NCBI RefSeq assembly: GCF_046119375.1
Contig: NW_027362773.1
Span: 162,130,001 to 162,194,000, forward strand
Source: Phyllobates terribilis
Taxonomy: Eukaryota
Direction of reading: 5' to 3'
Length of the DNA: 64,000 nt
Shown: positions 24,892 through 37,844 of the stretch, in pieces
Layout of the letters: the number at the start of each line of letters is the position of its first letter
Numbering within the stretch: position 1 is the first letter of the stretch
The notes under the pieces: model-generated
The model's database searches: none
What the model was told of the DNA's origin: nothing
What the model saw: only the letters and a program-made list of their open reading frames with translations
Program-made: the position numbers and the translations under genes

Positions 24892-24999
24892 TTCAACATA
24901 TTCGTCATAGTCTGATTCAGAGTACTCAATTTCTTCCTCATAAATAAACTCTTCTACATCTTCATCAACGTCTATTTTTTCTTCTTCTTCCTTATATGA
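24892..24999 (-). pseudogene. Nested pseudogene, acidic exon A
   Basis: tttttttcccctaatag|SYKEEEEKIDVDEDVEEFIYEEEIEYSESDYDEYVE|gtaggt; 108 nt, phase 0-0. Confidence 0.7.
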
Positions 25000-25122
25000 C
25001 TATTAGGGGAAAAAAAAGGTAGATATAGTTTTATTTGAAAAAAAAAATTGTTTTAGATCTATTTTCCACATAAATTATATTTTTCAAAAATAAGTGTCAG
25101 AACAGGCTGAAGTCTGAAGAAG

Positions 25123-25372
25123 CAGCTCCCAAGACCTGCGCCTCAACTGACAGAGGAGCTGAATGGTAACAGATCACTGGTGAGCGGCTGGAGACGGGAG
25201 GTGACAGGGAAAGAAATAAATCTCAGCTGACTGAGAATTTTTCTTCTTCTCCAACCTCAGTCAGCCAAGAAGACTTCTTTCTTTTCCGGTCACTGCCTGT
25301 CTCCTTTCGCTCACCAGTGTGCTCTTAACATATAGCTCCTCTATCATTTGAGGCGCAGGTCTCAGGAGCTGT
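25123..25372. mobile_element. Foldback MITE with ~100-bp imperfect inverted arms
   Basis: cagctcccaagacctgcgcctcaa...cactggtgagcg at the left is complementary to cgctcaccagtg...ttgaggcgcaggtctcaggagctg at the right. Confidence 0.65.
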
Positions 25373-25724
25373 GATTCTAAAGACTGCAGCCCGTCCTGAC
25401 ATGTGACTAGGAGTGGCTGCTATTTCAATTACATGACGGGGGACCATTTTTCCCCCCCAACCTTTGAGAACCCCCTTAAATGTCTATGGATGTGGAGTAG
25501 GAGGTCAGAATAGCTCCAGGAAGTTAATGTGGAGGAGGCACATACTTTCTCCGTTTACTGTATATATGCACAATTATTGTGCATATATACAGGGTGGGCC
25601 ACGTTTCACATGTGGTCTGTACAGGACAACGCTTATGGCCATACATGTCAAACTCTGGCGCGAGGGCCAAATCTCGCCCCCAGGGTGGTTTTATTTGGCC
25701 TACGACAATAGGAACACCACCCCT

Positions 25725-26665
25725 ATGTGGGACCCATTATAGTGTATGGCGCACTATGCGGGGGCCCATTATAGTGTATGGCGCACTATGCGGGGGCCCA
25801 TTATAGTGTATGGCGCACTATGCGGGGGCCCATTATAGTGTATAGAGGACTATGCGAGGCCATACATTATACTGTATGGCGCACTATGTGGGGCCCATTA
25901 TTCTGTATGGAGGACTATGCGGGGCCCATTATTCTGTATGGAGGACTATGTAGGGACCATTATACTGTATGGAGGACTATGTGGGGTCCATTATTCTGTA
26001 TGGAGGACTATGCGGGGCCATTATTCTGTATGGAGGACTATGCGAGGCCACACATTATACTGTATGGAGGACTATGCGAGGCCACACATTATTCTGTATG
26101 GAGGACTATGCGAGGCCACACATTATACTGTATGGAGGACTATGCGAGGCCACACATTATACTGTATGGAGGACTATGCGAGGCCACACATTATTCTGTA
26201 TGGAGGACTATGCGAGGCCACACATTATACTGTATGGAGGACTATGCGAGGCCACACATTATACTGTATGGAGGACTATGCGGGGCCCATTATTCTGTAT
26301 GGAGGACTATGTGGAGCCCATTATACTGTATGGAGGACTATGTGGGGCCCATTATTCTGTATGGAGGACTATGTGGGGCCCATTATTCTGTATGGAGGAC
26401 TATGTGGGGCCCATTATTCTGTATGGAGGACTATGTGAGGCCCATTATTCTGTACGGAGGACTATGTGGGCCCATTATACTGTATGGAGGACTATGTGGG
26501 GCCATTATACTGTATGGAGGACTATGTGGGGCCATTATTCTGTATGGAGGACTATGTGGGGCCATTATTCTGTATGGAGGACTATGTGGGGCCATTATTC
26601 TGTATGGAGGACTATGTGGGGCCCATTATACTGTATGGAGGACTATGTGGGGCCATTATTCTGTA
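25725..26665. repeat. ~27-31-bp minisatellite (gtatggaggactatgYgRggccYattatWct), ~31 copies, probably inside a hAT-like MITE
   Basis: Direct tandem units; preceded by catgtcaaactc...gagggccaaatctcgcccc, which resembles a hAT MITE left end. Confidence 0.85.
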
Positions 26666-27008
26666 TACTGGTTGGCCCACGATTTTGTCCAAGTTTTTCA
26701 TTGTGGCCCTAATAATCCCGTCTGTTGCCCATAGCAACCAAGCAGGCCTCAGCTCTCACTTTACCTCAGCAGTGTGAGGGATGCCTGCGGCCACCATTTC
26801 CTTCCTGCGGTCGGTCGTTGTTTCTCCGCGGAGGACGGCAGTGATGTGTGAGCACAACATGGCGGCTTGTGATAGTGCAGGCGACGTACACATGGGGTCA
26901 GTCACAGACACGACGGCTCTGCGGGGCAATGGCCGCTCCTTCCCGCTCCAGTAATAAGCTGAATACACGGCTTGTAGTAACACAGGATCCACAGAGAAAA
27001 AAAAAATA

Positions 27009-28180
27009 CACTATTCTCAAAAAGTTTGGGATATTTGGCTTTTGGGTGACATTTCTGGATGACCCTACAGTGTCCTTTGACCTCCATCAGGAAAACTTAA
27101 TGCGACACCGCTGGATTTCTGAATCCACACGTCCAGCCGGTCAACGTCTCAGGACGGTTTCCACAACTTGCTCTTCTCGAACGAGGAGCTTAAATGACAA
27201 AATCCACACCAGGGGTTTGATCCATGAATCGGCCAGTACATGTCGGGGCTTAATTAGAATTGGGTTCTAAACCGTCCTCCACATGGCGCTGTTCACATTC
27301 TGACATCATGAGACCAAGACGACACCTGACAATTGATCATCAGGACCGGCCATTGTGAGGCTCCAAGCAGGAGGTTCCCAGACGGAAGAGACCACCGAGC
27401 TGAGAGAGTCATCAGCGGGGTGCAACAGAGACAGAGAGAGACACAGGAAGAGGCAGAGACGTGGACGTCCTCTGCCACACCCCACAGCTCATTCAGAATC
27501 GGATGATGAAAGTCACACAACTCCGGGCACATGTAAGGGAGGCGAGAGGCACCAAGTGTCATGTCAGACCATCCAAAACAGTTTACACCAGCGTGGTCTG
27601 CGTGCCAGACGGACTGCAAGGTCCCTGAGCAATCACCGGCGTCATCTGCAAGGTCCCCGACCAATCACCAGCATCATCTGCAAGATCCTATACCACACCA
27701 CCAAGCACTGGAGTGGCGTCATCTGCAAGGTCCCCGACCAATCACCAGCATCATCTGCAAGATCCTATACCACACCACCAAGCACTGGAGTGGCGTCATC
27801 TGCAAGGTCCCCGACCAATCACCAGCATCATCTGCAAGATCCTATACCACACCACCAAGCACTGGAGTGGCGTCATCTGCAAGGTCCCCGACCAATCACC
27901 AGCATCATCTGCAAGATCCTATACCACACCACCAAGCACTGGAGTGGCGTCATCTGCAAGGTCCCCGACCAATCACCAGCATCATCTGCAAGATCCTATA
28001 CCACACCACCAAGCACTGGAGTGGCGTCATCTGCAAGGTCCCCGACCACACCAGCATGGGCCAGGGAGCATCTACGCTGGATGAGGGACCAGTGGCCTCA
28101 GTGCTGTTCACTGATGAAAGTCACAGGACGCTGCGCCACATGATAAGCTATTGAGACATTGACATTTCTTGTTGGGATAT
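27009..28180 (+). mobile_element. Degraded, truncated Tc1/mariner element with an internal 77-bp tandem amplification
   Basis: TA|cactattctcaaaaagtttggg terminus; remnant transposase (QTIQNSLHQRGLRARR, WAREHLRW, VLFTDES); 77-bp unit at 27661, 27738, 27815, 27892 and 27969. Confidence 0.8.
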
Positions 28181-28224
28181 AATTATATTATATATACATA
28201 TACATACATACATACACACACACA

Positions 28225-30668
<2,444 letters not shown>

Positions 30669-31029
30669 GCTCCGGGAAATCGACATGAAAATGATCTGAG
30701 CAGAAGAACATGGCGCCAAGTGCGGAAATCACCACAGCTGACGTCACCGAAAAGAGGAGGAAATGAAAAGAAGCGCGAGTCGGATTGTGGCTACTGGATA
30801 TGATGGCGGACACCAGGAGAACCCGATACATTACGTGATGACACGCGGCTCCGGACATACCCAGGTGTTCCTTCACCTTCCACAGGGAAGCGCCGCACCC
30901 GAGCTCCACATGAAGGAGAACCGGATTTATCACAATGGACGCCGACATCCATAGCTCCATGTCTGAACGTGTCCATGGTAGCAGCTTTCCACAGGCAATG
31001 AGACGGGTCTGCAGCTCCATGCATAAGTG

Positions 31030-31520
31030 GGCTGCGATGCTCTGCGTGTCCTGACCCCTTTCTCCCACAGCTGCGATGCTCTGCGTGTCCTGACCCCTTT
31101 CTATTACACCTGCGATGCTCTGCGTGTCCTTACCTCTGCGATGCTCTGCGTGTCCTGAGCCCTTTCTATCATAGCAGCGATGCTCTGCGTGTCCTGAGCC
31201 CTTTCTATCATAGCAGCGATGCTCTGCGTGTCCTGAGCCCTTTCTATCATAGCAGCGATGCTCTGCGTGTCCTGACCCCTTTCTATCATAGCAGCGATGC
31301 TCTGCGTGTCCTGACCCCTTTCTATCATAGCAGCGATGTTCTGGTTGTCCTGACCCCTTTCTGTCACAGCTGCGATGCTCTGCGTGTCCTGATATCTTTC
31401 TATCATAGCAGCGATGCTCTGCATGTCCTGACCCCTTTCTATCACAGCTGCGATGCTCTGCGTGTCCTGACCCCTTTCTATCATAGCAGCGATGCTCTGC
31501 GTGTCCTGACACCTGCGATG
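31030..31520. repeat. ~39-bp minisatellite next to the KBTBD4 exon donor
   Basis: gcgatgctctgcgtgtcctgacccctttctatcatagca, ~12 copies, ending ~25 nt from the donor at 31543. Confidence 0.9.
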
Positions 31521-31543
31521 ATCCTACTGCAGACTGTTCCTAC

Positions 31544-31650
31544 CTTCAGGCTGGAGACCAGCACCTCGGAGAATCCCTCCCGCTCCTCCTTATTGTAGTG
31601 GATCCAGCTCTTTATGGCGGCGGTCGGATTCTGAGAACAGGGAACGCCGT
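31544..31650 (-). CDS. KBTBD4: KBTBD4 middle coding exon (BACK domain end)
   Basis: ccatcag|(D)GVPCSQNPTAAIKSWIHYNKEEREGFSEVLVSSLK|gtagga; 107 nt, phase 1-0. Confidence 0.95.
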
Positions 31651-32439
31651 CTGATGGAAGAAGAAGAAGAAAAAGAATCAGGAAGAAATTGACAGGACGA
31701 CAATCTGGACTCACAGGAGAACGAGGCCACCGGACGACGGGCAGCGAGCGGAAGGGAACGGCTCACACGTCATAAGATCTCGGACTTCCTTTTTATGCCC
31801 CATTATTATTATTAATTCTCCAGCGCAGGACGAGAACCACTAAACCAAATTTTAATATTACCATTTCAGTAGGTGAAGACTTCTGGCTTTTCTGCTCAGC
31901 TTCTTCACACTTCCACTTCAGGTCAATCTATTTTGTATATCGATAGATCCAACTTTTATGGACGCCGGGATATCAAATAGAGATTTTTTTATTCTTAATT
32001 GGAGAATTGTAGTTAACTCAATTTTTTTTTTACTCCCCATAGGAGACTTAAAGGGGCTGTCCAGGTTTGGCACGTAAGTCTATAGTCACTCTATGCGACT
32101 GCAGACTTATGAATCCTCACAGTGTGCACAGCGCAATGTGAATGCATTGTGGAGGTAGGGGTGGAGGACGATGGGTACCCAAAATGGACACCCTGGGATA
32201 TTCCTGGATAAGCTTGTGTGCATCATGTGCACGCGCCCTTATGACGCTGCCGTGTAGGGAAGATGAGAGAGAGCAGTTCACTCAGTGCGGAGATTCAGTT
32301 TTCAGCCTCAGGACAGTTCCCTGATCCCGGAGCTTTGGGAAACTACAATTCCCAGCATGCACCTAGTAGTTGGTGCACATTGAGAATTATATAACTGCAG
32401 AGTGACAGATGTAGGATCAGGCTGAGCGCAGTCACTCAC

Positions 32440-33046
32440 CTGCCAGGATGTCCGTGAGTAATCGCAGCGGCAGGTTCAGGAACTCCTCGCTATCACACAG
32501 CTGTGACAGGTGGGTTTTGGCGCAGTGTTTTGCCGCAGTGTAAAGGGAGGTGTCGCTGTGCTGATCCGCCAGCCACATGATCTGCAGACAGTTCTTCACC
32601 TGCACCGTCCGCACCAGGAAGCGGGAGCACTCCTCAAACAAGGAGGTCAGCTGGTACATGTCCGCCACCTCGTAGGTCTCCTGCAGCTCCTCCAGCCGCA
32701 GCTTCACTGTCCCGTGATAAATGTAATCCACCAGGAGCTGGAACACGCCGGCGCTAACATCCTGCAGCTGGATCACGCGGTTACGTCCCTCCTTCAGATT
32801 GGACGCGAACATGGAGCGAAAGAAGCAGCTCTGGGCCGACAGAACCAGCCGGTGCAACTGGAACTCCTTCCCCTCCACCAGGATGGTGACGTCAGCAAAC
32901 AGCTGCTCCTCCATGCAAAGCTTCATGATGCTCTGAGCCACCCGGCTGCTGTGGGAGCGATCCGTAAACGTGTACGTCACAAAGTAATTCTCCTCCGTGG
33001 TGCCGGCCAGGTTCTGAGCCGCCGCTGCGTCCTCTGAAGGGTCCAT
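32440..33046 (-). CDS. KBTBD4: KBTBD4 first coding exon (BTB/BACK)
   Basis: MDPSED...ENYFVTYTFTDRSHSSRVAQSIMKLCMEEQLFADVT...HRLVLSAQSCFFRSMF...LLTDILA G|gtgagt; acceptor ctccag at 33076/33075; total ORF 524 aa. Confidence 0.97.
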
Positions 33047-34072
33047 AGTTTATAATACGCCTGAGTTTCAAGTGCCTGGAGAGAAGCAAAAAGAAGTCTT
33101 ACTGACAGAATCCATGACTCGCAGTTATCAGCCAGTTCTCACCGACTTGTAAGAAGCTCTAGAACCATTTACCCAAGTCTGAATGGACTGAGCAGCTCTA
33201 TAGTGCAACCTCCACCTGTAAGGCACCCGGCGGGTATGAAAGGCAGGAGTCCAGGAGGAGGAGCCGGGTCCCTTCCCTTACACTCCAGAAAGGAGAAGAC
33301 CTGGAATGATTCTCTGCTGGAGCTCACACCGGGGTTAGGGGAGCACAATTATATAGATAAATGGGGTCCTATGGATGACCCCACGGTGCACCATTAGTAC
33401 CTGCCCCTCCCAGACACTCAGGTCACTGACTGGATAGTTGGGGGCCACACAAAAATCCAGAAGGGACCAAAAAACCCAATAAAAATGGTTCACTGAGATC
33501 TTCTCCCTGCAGGCTTGAAGCCTGAGGCTGCACTACTGGGGCTTCTGATGTCAGACACAAGGAAAACTGCAACTACTGAAGCCGCTTAGATATTGATGGA
33601 TCTGGTTCTCCGTGACAGCGCTGCGCCTGACATAGATCAGTAAGGTACACGCGGCAACCAGAACCTCACATCGGTGAGGCCGCCGGCTTCACACCGGGCT
33701 CCGTTCAGCATTCTGCATCGATGTATCTGAGCCATCAATAAAAAGAAGTAATAACATCCACCTCCTCAGGTCCAGGGCTGCGTCTCCGCTCGGTACCGGC
33801 TGCTTCGATTATTCTTAACACAAGTTCGCCAACATTGTGCAGAATGCTGGAAGGAGACGCTTCCCCTTTAAGTGATAACTAATAAGTATTCAAGATATTT
33901 TTTTAAAATTCCTCTAAGCAGCAAATCACTGGGGCAGAAATAAGCCGAACTTCAGGACGGACGGCCCTGGTGGGCGGAGGGGCAAATATCTATTCGAGAT
34001 TACAATAAAGGCACCAACAAGGCGCCACGTGGACCCCCACGATGGTAGTAGGCCACCATGACAAAAAACTAA

Positions 34073-34127
34073 ACTACAACTCCCAGCATGAAGTTAAAAG
34101 ATGGTAAAACTTGCTGGGAGTTGTAGT
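34073..34127. promoter_or_regulatory. Inverted pair of ZNF143/THAP11-type ACTACAA-TCCCAG motifs
   Basis: ACTACAACTCCCAGCATG (34073-34090, +) and TGCTGGGAGTTGTAGT (34112-34127, -). The same motif occurs at 24078 and 32342, so it may be MITE-borne. Confidence 0.5.
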
Positions 34128-34612
34128 TACGGTCTTGTCCCATTGGTGCAGCACATTACGCCCTCATATGTGACGGGTGCACAATACCAGAAGCCCGGTC
34201 ACCATCGCAGGGCGGGCACCAGTGTAAAACTCCCCACCAGCCATGGCCGGACCACTAGACCCCAGGATAATGGCGCCACGTGCAGTAATGGCCGTTTCTC
34301 CAGGAACAGCCGCCATTCTACAGTTACTGACTGCCAGAAGTGAAGGACAGCAGTGGGACGCCCCATGTCCAGCATTACACGAGGGGTCAGGCGGCTGATG
34401 CTGGAAAATATGTAAGAAGACAAAAAAAAAAAAAACACAGGAAGAGTCAGAGGGGAAAGTGTCGGAGTTTGTAGTCGGGTGACGTCATACACCTGGATGA
34501 TGGAGGAAAACGCCGAGTAATGGGCGGCTAGAACGTCACACCGGCCAGGACTGCACGGACAGATCCCAGGAAGGGACACAGCTGCATCTCCTCCCCCAGA
34601 AGCAGCACTCAC

Positions 34613-34700
34613 CGGCCCCGGAGATCTCCGCGCCTCCTCTCGCAGTCAGATACCGGAACGTTCTTGATCAGGAACCTTGAGCTCTGGATTCTACACCGGA
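34613..34700 (-). other. KBTBD4: Probable non-coding exon 1 of KBTBD4 (5' boundary approximate)
   Basis: Strong donor CCG|GTGAGT at 34613/34612 in a CpG-rich region; no ATG in the exon; 5' end not definable from sequence. Confidence 0.6.
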
Positions 34701-34789
34701 AGTTATCAGGAACGCTTTAGTGGGCGGACCGGTCAGGTTGTAGTGACTTCCGCTCTATTTCGCTTGCCCTTGTCTGTCCGTCAGGGAGA
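34640..34789. promoter_or_regulatory. Bidirectional KBTBD4/NDUFS3 promoter
   Basis: Head-to-head genes <200 bp apart; ETS/GABP cores CCGGAAC (~34653), CCGGAAGT (~34696) and ACTTCCG (~34746); GC box GGGCGG. Confidence 0.7.
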
Positions 34790-34838
34790 ATGATGCTGGC
34801 TGGAGTGCGGGCGGCGCAGCGGGGTCTGCTCCGGGGAG
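34790..34838 (+). CDS. NDUFS3: NDUFS3 exon 1 (mitochondrial targeting peptide start)
   Basis: MMLAGVRAAQRGLLRG G|gtgagg; 49 nt, phase 1; Arg-rich and free of acidic residues, like a presequence. Confidence 0.75.
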
Positions 34839-34914
34839 GTGAGGACTGGAATACACCGCCATATAGTGAGGGGAGGGGTAGTACTACAAGGCTCAGCACT
34901 GGCAGATCACTGGA

Positions 34915-36520
34915 GAGTCAGAATATGTAATGTATGTACACAGTGACTGCACCAGCAGAATAGTGAGTGCAGCTCTGGAGTATAATACAGGATGTAACTC
35001 AGGATCAGTAATGTAATGTATGTACACAGTGACTGCACCAGCAGAATAGTGAGTGCAGCTCTGGAGTATGATACAGGATGTAACTCAGGATCAGTAATGT
35101 AATGTATGTACACAGTGACTGCACCAGCAGAATAGTGAGTGCTGCTCTGGAGTATAATACAGGATGTAACTCTGGATCAGTAATATAATGTATGTACACA
35201 GTGACTGCACCAGCAGAATAGTGAGTGCAGCTCTGGGGTATAATACAGGATGTAACTCAGGATCAGTAATGTAATGTATGTACACAGTGACTGCACCAGC
35301 AGAATAGTGAGTGCAGCTCTTGAGTATAATACAGGAGGTAACTCAGGATCAGTAATGTAATGTATGTACACAGTGACTGCACCAGCAGAATAGTGAGTGC
35401 TGCTCTGGAGTATAATACAGGATGTAACTCTGGATCAGTAATATAATGTATGTACACAGTGACTGCACCAGCAGAATAGTGAGTGCAGCTCTGGGGTATA
35501 ATACAGGATGTAACTCAGGATCAGTAATGTAATGTATGTACACAGTGACTGCACCAGCAGAATAGTGAGTGCAGCTCTGGAGTATAATACAGGATGTAAC
35601 TCTGGATCAGTAATATAATGTATGTACACAGTGACTGCACCAGCAGAATAGTGAGTGCAGCTCTGGAGTATAATACAGGATGTAACTCTGGATCAGTAAT
35701 ATAATGTATGTACACAGTGACTGCACCAGCAGAATAGTGAGTGCAGCTCTGGGGTATAATACAGGAGGTAACTCAGGATCAGTAATGTAATGTATGTACA
35801 CAGTGACTACACCAGCAGAATAGTGAGCGCAGCTCTGGAGTATAATACAGGATGTAACTCAGGATCAGTAATGTAATGTATATACACAGTGACTGCACCA
35901 GCAGAATAGTGAGTGCAGCTCTGGAGTATAATACAGGAGGTAACTCAGGATCAGTAATGTAATGTATGTACACAGTGACTGCACCAGCAGAATAGTGAGT
36001 GCAGCTCTGGAGTATAATACAGGATTTAACTCAGGATCAGTAATGTAATGTATGTACATAGTGAGTGCAGCTCTGGAGTATAATACAGGATGTAACTCAG
36101 GATCAGTAATGTAATGTATGTACATAGTGAGTGCAGCTCTGGAGTATAATACAGGATGTAACTCAGGATCAGTAATGTAATGTATGTACACAGTGACTGC
36201 ACCAGCAGAATAGTGAGTGCAGCTCTGGAGGATAATACAGGATGTAACTCAGGATCAGTAATGTAATGTATATACACAGTGACTGCACCAGCAGAATAGT
36301 GAGTGCAGCTCTGGAGTATAATACAGGATGTAACTCCGGATCAGTAATGTAATGTATATACACAGTGACTGCACCAGCAGAATAGTGAGTGCAGCTCTGG
36401 AGTATAATACAGGATGTAACTCCGGATCAGTAATGTAATGTATGTACACAGTGTCTGCACCAGCAGAATAGTGAGTGCAGCTCTGGAGTATAATACAGGA
36501 TGTAACTCAGGATCAGTACA
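34915..36520. repeat. 86-bp tandem repeat, ~19 copies, in NDUFS3 intron 1
   Basis: gtgagtgcagctctggagtataatacaggatgtaactcaggatcagtaatgtaatgtatgtacacagtgactgcaccagcagaata (period 34991 to 35077). Confidence 0.96.
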
Positions 36521-36684
36521 GTATATATTATACACGTGTTGGCCACCCCCAGGCTGAGTTATATCTTTGCATATAATAGTGATGTGATTTGGGCAGAATC
36601 TTACATGTTGTTGTTCTTCTCTTCTTTCTGTGTTGCTGTTGTTGATGTTGTGAGATTGGTGGAGTCTGAAATACTTAGGATTAA

Positions 36685-37061
36685 AGGGGTATTCTCATCT
36701 CCAAGATCCTATCCCAATATGTAGAAGGTGTAATAATAATAATAATAATAATATTAGCAAATACCTCCAATTAGAAGTGTTGTATAGTTTTTCTGATTCA
36801 CTATGTCTCTTTCCTCATGTGCAGGTATCGCAGGACCTTAGGTATCCACGGTTACGACCACTAGCAACTAGCTAGCTAACTGTCACTTTATCAGTGGACT
36901 TAACCATGGATACCTAAGGTCCTGCAATGCCTGCACATGAGGAAAGCGACATGGTGAATCAGAAGAACTATACTACATTTCTACTTGGAGGTATTTGTTA
37001 ATATTATTATTATTACACCTACTACATATTGGGATAGGATGTTGGAGATGGGAAGACCCCT
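36685..37061. mobile_element. Palindromic T2/Kolobok-type MITE
   Basis: TTAA|AGGGGTATTCTCATCTCCAAGATCCTATCCCAATATGTAG pairs with CTACATATTGGGATAGGATGTTGGAGATGGGAAGACCCCT; the long internal arms are also complementary. Confidence 0.8.
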
Positions 37062-37250
37062 TTGCAGTTGACTCCTCCACTAGTTATTATGGGTCGAGAC
37101 CTCATTGATAGTGATAGCGGGGGGTGCATTTCCTGTGAGCGATCGCTGCGGCTCCGTTCTGGGTTGTGTGACTGAGGGGGGCAGCAGAGTCCCCCGTACC
37201 GGACCGGTTGCCTCCTGATAGCGCCGTTATTTCGCCTCTTTGTCTTGCAG

Positions 37251-37310
37251 CTTCCGTTCTCCGTGTGCTGACTCCGGTGCGATGCGAGGGCTCCGCCACA
37301 GAGACTAAAC
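37251..37310 (+). CDS. NDUFS3: NDUFS3 exon 2
   Basis: tgtcttgcag|(A)SVLRVLTPVRCEGSATETK(P)|gtacgt; 60 nt, phase 1-1, bridging exons 1 and 3 in frame. Confidence 0.75.
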
Positions 37311-37844
37311 GTACGTAATTACTATTATATTTATTTACAGCGGTAAAGGACCCGTGTGCTCTAAGTCTAGAGAGGATTCGGAGTTGCCTTTGCTTTTACA
37401 TGGGGCTGATAGTCTTAGTAATTAGTCGTCCCAGCTACGTCCTAGTGATCGTCTGCTTACCTGGGCCTGCCGTCCGCTGCGAGCTTTGCACCAACAGGAA
37501 ATGTTCTTTTGTTAACATTTGTAGACTCCTAAATTCATTCACACCAGATCACAACATTTATTAACACGCCAGGTCCCTCTTCTGAATTCCTGGTGACCCC
37601 TGATGTCCCCCAACCAGGCTGCTGAGATCAGACTGTGCTCAGACGTCAGACCAGTGCAAAGACCAGATAAAATAAAAGGAGAATTTAGACTTTACGCTGC
37701 TTGGTCCTCTTCTCTTCCAGGGGCCACCAAAGGCACCCTCCTGAAAATGCCCCCCTCATTATTTGCATTACTGTGTGACATATATGCTGCATGTCTCTGT
37801 CCAGGATATCAGCAGTTTCCCTCCTTACATGTTTTGCGTCTGTG

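Noticed and set aside
26765-26870. Candidate first exon of the nested gene (GCCGCCATG ... GAG|GTAAAG, phase 0)
   Set aside because: Phase-compatible, but the donor lies in gttgcccatagcaacc-type MITE-like sequence and the peptide has no supporting similarity; left unassigned.
27395-27415. CTGATGA on the minus strand, and CTGAAGA-cgc...gcg at ~46806
   Set aside because: Neither is followed by stem II plus GAAA, so neither is a hammerhead.
30670-31030. CpG-rich stretch with YY1-like and CRE motifs and short ORFs
   Set aside because: No recognisable protein or element in the frames examined; short motifs alone are not enough to call a promoter.
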